DNA from: Armatimonadota bacterium
GTDB taxonomy: Bacteria > Armatimonadota > UBA5829 > DSUL01
Direction of reading: 5' to 3'
NCBI GenBank assembly: GCA_039811685.1
Contig: JBDHZC010000001.1
Coordinates: forward strand, 320,001-384,000
Length of the DNA: 64,000 nucleotides
Shown: piece after piece, positions 30,978-40,885 of the stretch
How positions within the stretch are numbered: position 1 is the first letter of the stretch
Layout: the number at the start of each line of letters is the position of its first letter
Notes under the pieces: generated by a model
What the model saw: the letters and a program-made list of their open reading frames with translations, nothing else
Databases searched by the model: none
What the model was told of the DNA's origin: nothing
Program-made: the position numbers and the translations under genes

Positions 30978-31316
30978 CTATTTTATCAGCAGTAATTCGA
31001 CCTCGAAGTGTAGAGTCGAGTTGGCAGGGATGGGTCCAATCGCGCGAGCGCCGTACCCCAGCTCCGCGGGAATCTCGAGTTCACGTATGCCGCCGACCTG
31101 CATACCGGCCACACCCTCTTCCCATCCTCGGATCACGCGTCCAGCGCCTATGGTGAAACTGAAGGGTCCGCGACCCGCCTGCCGCGAAGTGTCAAAGGTG
31201 GTTCCATCGTCCAACCAGCCGCGATAGTGAACGTCTACGGTATCTCCTGCCTTTGCGGTCTGGCCTTCGCCCTCCCGTTTGTCTTCATACTTCAAACCTG
31301 AGTCTGTCGTGTGCAT
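30978..31316 (-). CDS. FKBP-type peptidyl-prolyl cis-trans isomerase
   Basis: VHYRGWL.DG..FDTS, VIRGWEEG, IPAELGYG, IPANSTLHFEVEL. Confidence 0.93.
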   Translation of the reverse strand: MHTTDSGLKYEDKREGEGQTAKAGDTVDVHYRGWLDDGTTFDTSRQAGRGPFSFTIGAGRVIRGWEEGVAGMQVGGIRELEIPAELGYGARAIGPIPANSTLHFEVELLLIK

Positions 31317-31499
31317 TCCGATGTCAATCCTCTCTTTCAAGCGCCCATTCTAGCCAGTCTGAACCGGTATCACCAGCAGAAGGGCAGGGGAGTGCTCTGG
31401 CGGAAACTCCTCCAACACCGGCATAATGACAGTAAGCTCAACGGCCCTCAGGGCAACCGTGCACCCACTGTCGTCGAGACATAGAAATCTACACTACTT

Positions 31500-32159
31500 A
31501 TGACAGATCGCAAAGCTTTCAACCGCCGCGACTTCAACGAACTAGCCCCTACCTGGGATGACAATCCGCACCGCTTAACTCTGGCAAAAGCTATTGTTGA
31601 AGCGATATCTGGTGCGGTGCCTCTGACTTCGGAAATGACAGTTCTTGATTACGGAGCAGGCACCGGCCTCGTGGCCCTTGGCCTGAGTGAAAGAGTCCGG
31701 GAGATTACGGCTGTTGACGCTTCAGAAGGGATGCTGGAGGTCCTAAGGGGCAAGCTGGAGAGGACAGGCATTTCCAACATCACTCTGCGGCAGTTGGATA
31801 TGGAGCAGGGGGAAGTCCTCAACAGCACGTTTGATCTAGTTGTCTGCAGCATGACGCTACACCATATTCCAGACGCAGCGGGTATGATCTGCCGCTTCTC
31901 AGATATGCTCAGATCAGGGGGCTGGTTGTGCGTTGCTGATCTGGACCCGGATGGCGGAGAGTTTCATTCAGACAACACAGGCGTTGCCCACTTTGGCTTC
32001 GAACGCGACGCCATCGTCCAAATGTTGACGAAAGCCGGCCTGACAGAGGTCACGATGCGCACAGCCCTTACTTTTTCCAGAGAAACAGCGTCCGGAACAC
32101 AGCGCGAGTTCAGCGTGTTCCTTGCCGGTGGTCATAAAGCCCAGGCGCCTTCAGCATAG
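31500..32159 (+). CDS. Class I SAM-dependent methyltransferase
   Basis: VLDYGAGTG, VDASEGML, FDLVVCSMTLHH. Confidence 0.88.
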   Translation: MTDRKAFNRRDFNELAPTWDDNPHRLTLAKAIVEAISGAVPLTSEMTVLDYGAGTGLVALGLSERVREITAVDASEGMLEVLRGKLERTGISNITLRQLDMEQGEVLNSTFDLVVCSMTLHHIPDAAGMICRFSDMLRSGGWLCVADLDPDGGEFHSDNTGVAHFGFERDAIVQMLTKAGLTEVTMRTALTFSRETASGTQREFSVFLAGGHKAQAPSA

Positions 32160-32289
32160 AGTGTACGGCAGGGTCTGAGGAAGGGTCCGGCGGCTTTCAC
32201 ACTGTGGCAAACTGTGCTCCAGCGGCCTGCTGCTTTTGCCGATAGATGTGACAGGCGCAAATCCCGCGCACTGAGCAGGCTTATCCAGT

Positions 32290-32318
32290 TTGACAGCGCC
32301 CTGACGCTATGGTAAATT
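32290..32318 (+). promoter_or_regulatory. Sigma70-type promoter of the response regulator
   Basis: TTGACA-17 nt-TAAATT with TG upstream of the -10. Confidence 0.55.
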
Positions 32319-32386
32319 CCAGTCAAGAGCAGGGGCGAGTACGACCCACTAACAGTGCGGCAAACGAGAGGAAACGATAGGTAAAA

Positions 32387-32797
32387 ATGCCCAAGAAGAT
32401 TCTGGCCGTAGACGATGAAAAGCATATCGTCAGGCTTGTACAGGTCAACCTCGAACGACAGGGCTATGACGTGGTGACGGCTAACGATGGACGCGAAGCT
32501 CTGGAGAAGGTTGCCTCGGAGAATCCTGATCTGGTGGTGCTCGACGTCATGATGCCCTATATGGATGGCTTTGAAGTCTTGCAGAACTTGCGACGCAATC
32601 CCAATACTCGAGATATTCCCGTAATCATGTTGACGGCCAAGGCGCAGGATGCCGATGTCTTTCGCGGGTGGCAGTCAGGTGTAGATTGCTACCTCACCAA
32701 GCCCTTCAACCCCATCGAACTGATCTCATTTGTAAAGCGTATTTTCAAGTCAATGGACGACGCGGGCGCCGACGGAGGACGCTACGACATAAGCTGA
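32387..32797 (+). CDS. Stand-alone response regulator receiver protein
   Basis: AVDDE, LDVMMP.MDG, LTAK, YLTKPF; no output domain. Confidence 0.92.
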   Translation: MPKKILAVDDEKHIVRLVQVNLERQGYDVVTANDGREALEKVASENPDLVVLDVMMPYMDGFEVLQNLRRNPNTRDIPVIMLTAKAQDADVFRGWQSGVDCYLTKPFNPIELISFVKRIFKSMDDAGADGGRYDIS

Positions 32798-33033
32798 TGG
32801 AAGACACCACACACGAAAGCACTGCACACAGCGAGCAGACGAATACAACGGCCCTGGTTCTCGGTCTCGTCGTGGCCATCGCGGCTGTTGGCCTAGTAGG
32901 CCGGTCAGTGTACGACCGCTATATCCAGCCAGAACAGCGCGCTCGGGACGTCAAAGACATCATCAGTCAGTGCCACGCCACAATTCAGGAGATGGACCGA
33001 GCACTCCAGCGCCTGCAGCCAAGCAGCACTTAG
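32797..33033 (+). CDS. Small single-TM hypothetical protein (78 aa)
   Basis: ATG overlaps the regulator's TGA; one TM helix and a coiled-coil-like tail; terminator follows. Confidence 0.6.
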   Translation: MEDTTHESTAHSEQTNTTALVLGLVVAIAAVGLVGRSVYDRYIQPEQRARDVKDIISQCHATIQEMDRALQRLQPSST

Positions 33034-33068
33034 ACGCAGCCAGATTTTAGCCTGTATTACCAAACCAG

Positions 33069-33103
33069 AGGAGACGCCAGACCGTGGAGGCGTCTCCTTT
33101 TTT
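33069..33103 (+). terminator. Intrinsic terminator
   Basis: AGGAGACGCC...GGCGTCTCCT followed by a T run. Confidence 0.85.
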
Positions 33104-33581
33104 GTTGTCAATGCAAACGCCTCTCTTGCCGCCGCGCAGGACTCATACGACTAAACGGAGAGTGTCACTAACTATCGAATGTTGCGCTCATCTTGGCTTC
33201 TCAGCCGTCCTCAAAAATAGCGCAAAGGCTCCGATGAGATATTCACCGGAGAATTGGAATCAGCAAGAATATTCCACTGTGAGAGCGCATCAGTGGGTGT
33301 ACTATTATCTAAGTATTCTGCTACAACATACACTTATTCTAAAACGCCACGGCGGTAATACAGTCACAAGGATAAGGGGAGTGCAGCCGGCAAGCGATAG
33401 CGGATGGCCCCGCTGCAGAGAGTGATTTTCCCGTTTCCAACGACAGGAATTGTCCGTGGCGCCAGCTAAGGTATGTGTTCCCTGCGCGTTAGAGAGAATG
33501 CGTAGAGAAGGCTCACAAGGAAACTCTAAATGAAACACGAAACCAACGGAGGATGCTGAGAAAGAGGCGACGGTCAGCACG

Positions 33582-34349
33582 ATGAATGCAGGAGTCTATC
33601 CGAGCGATCTAGGTTTTTCAGCAACTCCTTCCGCCACGCATACGTCACGTACAATAATGCTGTGCGATGCTGAACGGCTGTTTTCCTCAACTCAAACCGA
33701 GTCCGCTTACAAACAGTTAGCGGCGGCCATCGTAGAAGACAATGTCCTGCAGAGGGCTTCGTTGGAAGGTCGCCAGCGCGCTCTTCGGATGTTGCGCGAA
33801 CTCTATGGCCTTAACACCAGGCTGCCGGTCTATCGCGGTCTACGTTGGCTCTGGGATGTCTCCGACTCTGGCGAACACGGCCTGCTAGCAATCATGAGCG
33901 CGGCTGCCCGCGACCAGGTGTTGAGAGTGTCAGCAGAGACTATCCTCTCGGTACCTATTGGCCAGAAGGTGGAGAAGGCCAGTATGGAACGTCATCTGCG
34001 CCTGGCCTTGCCAGGACGCTACAGCGACGATGTCGTCGCAAGAACCACGCGCAACCTTCTGTCTTCGTGGACGCAATCGGGACATTTGTCTGGGCGCTCC
34101 TACAAGGTGCGTGTGCGGGCATCCTGTGGCTCGGCAAGCGCCTGCTATGCTGTTCTTCTGGGTTATCTTCAGGGAGTTCGAGGCCAGGGGCTGCTGCATT
34201 CTCAATGGACGGGGTTTCTCGATGCCAATATTCCTCAAGTGGAGAGTCTTGTGAAGGAGGCGTGGCATCGAGGGTTTCTCAGTTATAACCGTTCCGGTGA
34301 TGTAACAGAGATTGTCTTTGCCGATTCCGTAACAGGAAGGGTGGGTTAG
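33582..34349 (+). CDS. brxA: BREX BrxA-like protein
   Basis: First gene of the BREX operon; HTSRTIML, LRELYGL, RNLLSSWTQSGHL. Confidence 0.7.
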   Translation: MNAGVYPSDLGFSATPSATHTSRTIMLCDAERLFSSTQTESAYKQLAAAIVEDNVLQRASLEGRQRALRMLRELYGLNTRLPVYRGLRWLWDVSDSGEHGLLAIMSAAARDQVLRVSAETILSVPIGQKVEKASMERHLRLALPGRYSDDVVARTTRNLLSSWTQSGHLSGRSYKVRVRASCGSASACYAVLLGYLQGVRGQGLLHSQWTGFLDANIPQVESLVKEAWHRGFLSYNRSGDVTEIVFADSVTGRVG

Positions 34350-34351
34350 CA

Positions 34352-34900
34352 ATGGCAGGCATTCCAGAACTGATTGAGGCGTTCGACCGACGTGTGTCGC
34401 TGCAGTGGCAGCAGAACCTCTCTGGGCGGGAGAAGGTATGGTTCTGCATCTACGCGCCGCGCGACGAACGCCGACTGCGCGCTCGCCTCGGGGAGTTCCA
34501 GCTTGCGGCCGAAAAAGCAGGGAAGTGCTGGCATCTTGTCGATCTCTCCTGGGCTTTAGAAGAATGGCTCGCGCGCAACGAGTACTGCAGCAGCTACTTT
34601 GGCAATCCTGAGCTACTTGGTCCAGCTCTCGACGACCTTCTGCAGGAATTAGTCGGTCGTCTGGCAGACGTGCTGGCCACAGCGGATCCTACCACCCTTA
34701 CGGTCATTCTCGGGGTCGGCTCACTTTTTGGATTCCTTCGTGTGTCGAACTTGGTTGAGGCTGTCACCGATCGCATACAGGGCAGGCTCCTCGTCTTTTT
34801 TCCTGGCACCAAGGAAGGCAATAACTACAGGCTGCTGGATGCCCGCGACGGTTGGAATTATCTGGCGGTACCCATCCAGGCTGAGGAGGTGATTCTATGA
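34352..34900 (+). CDS. brxB: BREX BrxB (DUF1788-like)
   Basis: Y.P.DERRLR, GRLLVFFPG, YRLLDARDGWNYLA; position before brxC. Confidence 0.85.
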   Translation: MAGIPELIEAFDRRVSLQWQQNLSGREKVWFCIYAPRDERRLRARLGEFQLAAEKAGKCWHLVDLSWALEEWLARNEYCSSYFGNPELLGPALDDLLQELVGRLADVLATADPTTLTVILGVGSLFGFLRVSNLVEAVTDRIQGRLLVFFPGTKEGNNYRLLDARDGWNYLAVPIQAEEVIL

Positions 34901-37900
34901 TGCTTAACAAGGACGTGTTTCTACGTGACCCCACTTCTTATGCGCTCCCGAACGACGGCGTGGCGAAAGTTGCGTTTCCGAGCACACCTGAGGAATGGGA
35001 CGTCGCGCGCTATGAGCTGGAGCATTTTGTCTGCGAAGGCGCATACCACGACGGCCTGCTGCGCATTCTGGAGCGCTTTCTCGGAAGGCTAGACGAGCCG
35101 GTGCAGGCGGGAGTCTGGGTGCACGGCTTCTTCGGCTCAGGCAAGTCTCAGTTGCTGCGGGTTTTAGATTTCCTCTGGCGCGATACGAAGTTCCCGGATG
35201 GGGTGCGGGCGCGCAGTCTTGTTCCCAGCCTTTCCACAGACATTGCGGATGCACTCACGGAACTCTCCACGGCAGGGCGCCAGCGCGGTGGGCTCTGGTC
35301 GGCAGCCGGTACACTTGGAGCGGGGAGCGGGGACGACCCTTGTCTGGCGATACTTCAGGTCGTCCTGCGGGCCATGGGGATCCCGGAGCGTGTGAACGTC
35401 GCGCAGTTCGATCTCTGGCTGCGCGAAGAGGGCGTTCGCGACCAGGTTGCCGAGAGCCTCAAACGCGCCGGCAGAGTGTACGAGAAAGAACTCTCGAACT
35501 TATTCGTGTCGGATTCTCTGGCCACGGCAATTCTGGACGCGAAGCCTGGATTCGCCTCAAGTCCGCCAGATGTCCGGCTTGCTCTGCGCGAACAGTTCCC
35601 AAACGTACAGGCTCTCACTACCGACCAGATGGTCGAGATGATGAGAAGAGTGTTCGCGCAAGTTAGCACATCTACTGACCGGTACCCGTTAGTCCTTCTG
35701 ATCCTGGATGAGTTGCAGCAGTACATCGGTAGCCAGCCGGACCGGAGCGCTTCGATTTTGGATGCCGTTGAATCGTGCGTACGTGAATTCGGCAGCCAGT
35801 TGCTCTTTGTGGCAGCTGGCCAGTCAGCCTTGACGCCGGATACGCCGATGAGCCGTCTGCAGGGACGGTTCACGCTCCACGTCGCCCTGGGGGACCGGGA
35901 TGTTGAAAAGGTTCTGCGCAGGACAGTGCTGCGAAAGAAGCCGGAGGCAGTGTCGCAGCTCAGCGAGATCCTGGAGAACGCCAAAGGAGAGATCGACCGG
36001 CATCTGGGAGGGACGAGCATCGCCTCCACCCCAGCCGACCACGACACGCTAGTCGCCGACTATCCTGTCCTGCCGACGCGCAGGCGCTTCTGGGAGGCTG
36101 CGCTTCGGGGCGTCGATACGGCGGGGGCCGCGCAACTGCGCACACAACTTCGCCTCGCCTTCGAGGCTGCCCGGGAGGTGGGAGATCATCCCATAGGCAC
36201 AGTTGTAGGCGCAGACTTCATCTTCGAGCAGCTCCGGGTGTCACTGGTCGAAAAGCAGGTGCTCCTTCGCGAACTGGAGGAGCGGATTGACCAGCAGGAC
36301 GACCGCACGCCCGAAGGTAAGCTCCGTTCGCAGATATGCGGTCTGCTGTTCCTTGTCGAGAAGCTAAACACCACCCTTGGCGTGCGGGCGAACGTGGATA
36401 CGCTGGCGGACCTGCTCGTAACGGACCTGAGGGCAGGGAGTGCGGCTCTGAGGCAGAGCCTTCCCGGTCTTCTGCAGCGCCTCGTAGAGGACGGCATTGT
36501 CTCGCAGGTGCAGGATGAGTTCCGGCTGCAGACCCGCGAAGGCCAGGTGTGGGACGCAGACTACAGGAGCAGGATGGCCGGCATCATAGCGGACGAGGCC
36601 AGGACCGGCCCGGAGCGTGAGACGCGCCTCCGCAAGGCCGTGGAGAGCTCGTTGGCGAACCTGAACCTTTCACAGGGGGAAGCACGTACGCCTCGAGGAC
36701 TGGCTCTCCACTACTCTCCAGAACCGCCACCGGTCGCTGACCAGGTACCTGTATGGGTTCGCAGCGAATGGGATGTCACGCTCGCCGCTGTGAAGAACGA
36801 AGCGGCACAGGCAGGACCGGACAGCCCCAAGGTATTCGTCTTCCTACCGCGTCGCAGCGCGGACGATCTCCGCTCCAATATCGCGGGGTACCTCGCTGCC
36901 GGCGAAGTGCTCGATACCCGTCCCGCGCCGACTACGCCAGAAGGGCGGGACGCCAAGGCCGGCACAGAGGCAAGGCGCCGCGCACACGAAGAGGCTATTG
37001 GCGAGATAGTCTCCGGAATACTCGACGATGCAAGCGTCTTTCAGGGGGGAGCGCAGCAGGTGGATGGCATTGGTCTTGCTTCTGCCGTCGAACTTGCGGC
37101 CAACAGTGCCGTTGTCCGGCTGTTCCCGGAATACCACAAGGCAGACGCAGCCGCTGCAAAGTGGTCGAGCGTAGCATCAAAGGCCCGTCAGGGAGCGCCA
37201 GACGCGATGTCAGCGGTGCAATATTCGGGCGACGCCAGGCAGCACCCGGTCTGCGCGGCAGTACTTGCATTCCTCGGACCATCTGGGCGGTCCGGCACTG
37301 AGACACGTCGACACTTCGAGGCGTCGCCCTTCGGCTGGCCCCGCGATGCCATCGACGCGGCCCTGCTCGTACTGTGCCAGGACACATCTGTGTCGGCGCG
37401 CAAGGACGCCCGGGAACTGAACGTCGCTGACCTCACCGCAACCGCTATCCAGACCGCGCAGTTCCGGGCTGAGGACATTATTGTGAGTGCAGCCCAGCGC
37501 ATTGCCATTCGGGGCTTGCTCCAAAATGCACAAGTGGCTTGCGAGGCCGGCCAGGAGCTCGCCGGCGCTCAGGAGTTCATCCAAAAGCTCGACCAGCTAG
37601 CCGAGAAAGCTGGAGGGTCGCCACCGCTGCCTACCAGACCGACATCGGTCGAGCTGGAGGATGTCCGCAGTCTCGCCGGTAACGCGATGTTGCTCGGCAT
37701 CTGTGAGCGCCTGGAGCCTCTCAAAGAGACCTTCACCCGTTGGGAAGCGCTGTCCGAGACAGCGAAGAGCCGTGTCAAGAGTTGGGATAAGCTGCAGAGG
37801 CTGCTGACACACGCAAATGGTCTTTCGGTCCACGACGAAGTTGAACACGCGGCCCACGCCATTACCAGTGAGCGCACTCTCCTGTCGGAACCCGATCCGG

Positions 37901-38349
37901 TGGCTCCGCTCAACGCAAGGCTGGCCCAGACGCTGCGCGAAGCCGTAAATCAGGCGCGCAACGAGCACCTGGAAGCCTACGATGCCAGGCTGTGTGAGAT
38001 GGAGAGCGATAGCGCATGGCAGAATCTTACGCCGGACAAACAGAGCGCGATCAGGGAAAGAAACCAGCTTGGCGCGATCCCGGAGCTGCACGTCGGCACG
38101 GACGAAGAGTTGCTGGCCACGCTGGATGCTACCAGCCTCGGAAGCTGGGCAGACAAAACGGATGCCGTCTCGGCGCGAATCTCCAGGGCGCTTACGGAGG
38201 CTGCGCGCGAGTTGGCCCCGGAAACGGTCCACGTGGCGCCGCAGCCGGTCACCATCCACTCTCGGGAAGAGCTGGACACCTATCTTGACACCCTCCGGCA
38301 AAGAATCATGGAGTGTATCGAAGCTGGCAACCCGGTAGTACTGCCATGA
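34897..38349 (+). CDS. brxC: BREX P-loop ATPase BrxC
   Basis: Walker A WVHGFFGSGKS, Walker B LLILDELQQY, PFGWPRDA; 1150 aa. Confidence 0.9.
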   Translation: MMLNKDVFLRDPTSYALPNDGVAKVAFPSTPEEWDVARYELEHFVCEGAYHDGLLRILERFLGRLDEPVQAGVWVHGFFGSGKSQLLRVLDFLWRDTKFPDGVRARSLVPSLSTDIADALTELSTAGRQRGGLWSAAGTLGAGSGDDPCLAILQVVLRAMGIPERVNVAQFDLWLREEGVRDQVAESLKRAGRVYEKELSNLFVSDSLATAILDAKPGFASSPPDVRLALREQFPNVQALTTDQMVEMMRRVFAQVSTSTDRYPLVLLILDELQQYIGSQPDRSASILDAVESCVREFGSQLLFVAAGQSALTPDTPMSRLQGRFTLHVALGDRDVEKVLRRTVLRKKPEAVSQLSEILENAKGEIDRHLGGTSIASTPADHDTLVADYPVLPTRRRFWEAALRGVDTAGAAQLRTQLRLAFEAAREVGDHPIGTVVGADFIFEQLRVSLVEKQVLLRELEERIDQQDDRTPEGKLRSQICGLLFLVEKLNTTLGVRANVDTLADLLVTDLRAGSAALRQSLPGLLQRLVEDGIVSQVQDEFRLQTREGQVWDADYRSRMAGIIADEARTGPERETRLRKAVESSLANLNLSQGEARTPRGLALHYSPEPPPVADQVPVWVRSEWDVTLAAVKNEAAQAGPDSPKVFVFLPRRSADDLRSNIAGYLAAGEVLDTRPAPTTPEGRDAKAGTEARRRAHEEAIGEIVSGILDDASVFQGGAQQVDGIGLASAVELAANSAVVRLFPEYHKADAAAAKWSSVASKARQGAPDAMSAVQYSGDARQHPVCAAVLAFLGPSGRSGTETRRHFEASPFGWPRDAIDAALLVLCQDTSVSARKDARELNVADLTATAIQTAQFRAEDIIVSAAQRIAIRGLLQNAQVACEAGQELAGAQEFIQKLDQLAEKAGGSPPLPTRPTSVELEDVRSLAGNAMLLGICERLEPLKETFTRWEALSETAKSRVKSWDKLQRLLTHANGLSVHDEVEHAAHAITSERTLLSEPDPVAPLNARLAQTLREAVNQARNEHLEAYDARLCEMESDSAWQNLTPDKQSAIRERNQLGAIPELHVGTDEELLATLDATSLGSWADKTDAVSARISRALTEAARELAPETVHVAPQPVTIHSREELDTYLDTLRQRIMECIEAGNPVVLP

Positions 38350-40103
38350 GCCTCCTCGTCTCTGATGACCGGCGGGCGCTGGAGAGAGCCGTTCTGGAGG
38401 CCCGCGGCGTAGCCGAGCGGGCCGCGCACACCGCTCTGGGCTACTTGGCGGTGGATGCACGGGAGCCGGGCACGCATCTCAGCTGCGACGAGCGTGCGCT
38501 GCGCGTTAACCTGCGCGCTCTGCACCGCCGTCTGGGCTCCTATGAAGCGGTGGTGCGCGCCTGCGCTTATCAGCAGTGGCACCGCATGTTTTTCAGCCGC
38601 TTTCTCGCGGACTGCGGCCTGCTGATCCATCCGGATGCGGGCGTGGCTGTGTCTTTGACGGAGTGCGAGGAGCTGGCACAGGACGAGCCGGGCGCCGACC
38701 GCTGGACGATTGCAGCCCGCTATGCCTCCGCCATGCTCCCCGGCATCTTCCCGCAGGACGACCCTCTCCTGAAGGTGCGTCTGATGCCGGAGGGCCGCCG
38801 AAGGCTGGAGACTGTCCTGGAGAGTCTGCCGGATGCTGTCTTTACCTCCGACGACGGATTGGGCTGGAGTTATCAGTTCTGGCAGGCCGCGCGCAAGAAG
38901 GCGGTCAACGAAGCGGAGCGCAAGATCGCCGGCGACGACCTCTGCGCCGTTACGCAGCTCTTCACCGAGCACTACATGGTGCAGTTTCTGCTGCAGAACA
39001 CGCTGGGCGCATGGTGGCTCTCTCTGCACCCGGAAAGCCCGCTGCGGGCGAAATGGGCTTACCTCCACCCCGAGGTCCGTCACGACTTCTCCGGCTGGCC
39101 GTCCACCGCAGCGGAGATCACGCTGCTGGATCCCTGCTGCGGCAGCGGACACTTCCTGGTGGAAGCGTTTCACATGCTGCTGGATATCCGTCGCGAAGAA
39201 AGCGGTGGGGGAACGGATGTTATCGCCTCCGTCCTTCGGGACAACCTGTTCGGGCTGGAGCTGGATGCGCGCTGCGTGCAGATTGTGACGTTTGCTCTGG
39301 CGCTGGAGGCGTGGAAGGCCGGCTACTCACCTACGGCGCAGCTTCCGTTGCCAAACCTCGCCTGTACAGGCCTGCCCGTGGCCACCACACGGGACGCCTG
39401 GGCGGCGCTGGCCAATGGCGACACTAACCTTGCTGGCGAGTTGGAGCGCCTGCACGAGATTTTCTCGAACGCGACGGAACTGGGCAGCCTTATCGATCCA
39501 GGGCGGATGGGCAATCTACTGGTCCACCCGGATGAGCTTCTGGCCGCGCTTGGCCGCGCCCTGCAGCGTGAGAAGAACGTGGCAGACCCGGTGGCGCGCG
39601 TATTCGGGGAGGCGGCGCTCGGGTGCGTACGGGCGTTCGACATCCTTCAGAGAACGTTTCATCTGACCATCACAAATCCACCTTTCCTGCTCACCAGCAA
39701 GGCGTCGGACGTGCTGCAGCGGTTCTGCCGCGCTGCGCACCCCGAGGCGCGCAAGGACCTGGCCACCTGCTTCGTAGAGCGCTGCGGCAGCTTCACGAAG
39801 CCCGGCGGGCTGTATGCGCTGGTGAACCCGCAGAACTGGCTGTTCCTGGGCGGCGACAGGAAACTGCGCGAGAAGATGCTGAACGGGCAGCAGTGGCTGG
39901 CCGTGGCCCGGCTGGGGGAGAACGGGTTCGAATCGCCCCAGGCGGCAGGCGCGTTCACGGCTCTGCTGGTGTTCGCGAACAGGCGACCGACGGCAGAGCA
40001 CGTCTTTCTGGGTATCGACGCCTCCGCGCCGAAGAAGCCGGCGGAGAAGGCCGCGATCCTGCGGGAGGCGGTGGTGGGGGAGGAGGGACAGCAGCCCGCT
40101 TGA
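38346..40103 (+). CDS. pglX: PglX (BrxX) N6-adenine methyltransferase, N-terminal catalytic half (585 aa)
   Basis: TQLFTEHYMV, motif I LDPCCGSGHFL, NLFGLELD, LGSLI, motif IV TNPPF; ATG overlaps the brxC stop; ends just after AEKAAILRE. Confidence 0.88.
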   Translation: MSLLVSDDRRALERAVLEARGVAERAAHTALGYLAVDAREPGTHLSCDERALRVNLRALHRRLGSYEAVVRACAYQQWHRMFFSRFLADCGLLIHPDAGVAVSLTECEELAQDEPGADRWTIAARYASAMLPGIFPQDDPLLKVRLMPEGRRRLETVLESLPDAVFTSDDGLGWSYQFWQAARKKAVNEAERKIAGDDLCAVTQLFTEHYMVQFLLQNTLGAWWLSLHPESPLRAKWAYLHPEVRHDFSGWPSTAAEITLLDPCCGSGHFLVEAFHMLLDIRREESGGGTDVIASVLRDNLFGLELDARCVQIVTFALALEAWKAGYSPTAQLPLPNLACTGLPVATTRDAWAALANGDTNLAGELERLHEIFSNATELGSLIDPGRMGNLLVHPDELLAALGRALQREKNVADPVARVFGEAALGCVRAFDILQRTFHLTITNPPFLLTSKASDVLQRFCRAAHPEARKDLATCFVERCGSFTKPGGLYALVNPQNWLFLGGDRKLREKMLNGQQWLAVARLGENGFESPQAAGAFTALLVFANRRPTAEHVFLGIDASAPKKPAEKAAILREAVVGEEGQQPA

Positions 40104-40159
40104 CGCGTCAAGTTTTTTGACATCAAAACTTGACATGTTTCCCCAAGGTATGGCATTAT
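40099..40159 (+). promoter_or_regulatory. Promoter/operator region of the AbiE cassette
   Basis: 14-bp palindrome CTTGACGCGTCAAG (40099-40112); inverted repeat GTCAAGTTTT-8-AAAACTTGAC (40107-40134); TTGACA at 40117 and 40130; CATTAT at 40154. Confidence 0.65.
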
Positions 40160-40165
40160 CTGGCT

Positions 40166-40885
40166 ATGGAGCGACGCACACGACAAACGAAGAGCGCGGC
40201 GGGGACCGTCCGCCGGAAAGTGACCTCCGGCGGGTCAAGACTCTGGACGCATGCTGACTTTGCAGGACTGCCTGCTGCCGCGGTAAGCCAATCCCTCTCA
40301 CGTCTGTGCAGGGAGGGTGTGCTCCAGCGCGTGCGGAAAGGTGTCTATCACCGGCCCCGTCAGACAATCGTCGGGCCCAGCCGGCCCGCGGAGTCCGCAG
40401 TGGTGTTCAAGGTGATCGGAGGCAGCGCGCGCCCCACGGGCCTGACAGCCGCAAATGTGCTGGGACTGTCCAATCAGACGTCGCCTGTCGCATCCTACGC
40501 CGTGCCGGCTGCCAACAGGCCGACGCGGCTGGAGGGCGTCAGGGTCATCGCCCGCCGCCCCGAGCTCCCTCGCCGGCTTGGGCCCAACGCGGCCGCCATC
40601 CTGGAGCTACTGAGGGACAGGGGCCGCTGGGCCGAGCTGTCACCGCAAGAAACGGTGGCAAGGATGCTGGAGCTGCTGCGCGAGGAGGGCCGTTACGAAC
40701 AGCTTGCACGGGCGGCTGAGAAGGAGCCGCCCAGGGTAAGGGCCATGCTGGGCGCGCTTGGCGAGACCATCGGCGCGCCGGCGACCGTTGTGGAAAGACT
40801 CCGCAAGTCGCTGAACCCGCTGTCCCGGTTCGAGTTCGGAGTTTTCCGGCTGCTGCCGAACGCGAAAGCGTGGCAGGCGAAATGA
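40166..40885 (+). CDS. abiEi: Type IV TA antitoxin AbiEi-like (DUF6088-like wHTH)
   Basis: AVSQSLSRL.REG.LQRVRKGVY.RP; AANVLGLSNQ; directly upstream of an AbiEii gene. Confidence 0.8.
   Translation: MERRTRQTKSAAGTVRRKVTSGGSRLWTHADFAGLPAAAVSQSLSRLCREGVLQRVRKGVYHRPRQTIVGPSRPAESAVVFKVIGGSARPTGLTAANVLGLSNQTSPVASYAVPAANRPTRLEGVRVIARRPELPRRLGPNAAAILELLRDRGRWAELSPQETVARMLELLREEGRYEQLARAAEKEPPRVRAMLGALGETIGAPATVVERLRKSLNPLSRFEFGVFRLLPNAKAWQAK

Noticed and set aside
33084..33580. ORFs, a brxR gene or an att site upstream of brxA
   Set aside because: No WYL/HTH coding signal, and I found no direct repeat matching 48675-48992 by eye.
39670..39690. NPPF instead of NPPY as an inactivating change in PglX
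   Set aside because: Phe is an accepted variant of amino-methyltransferase motif IV.
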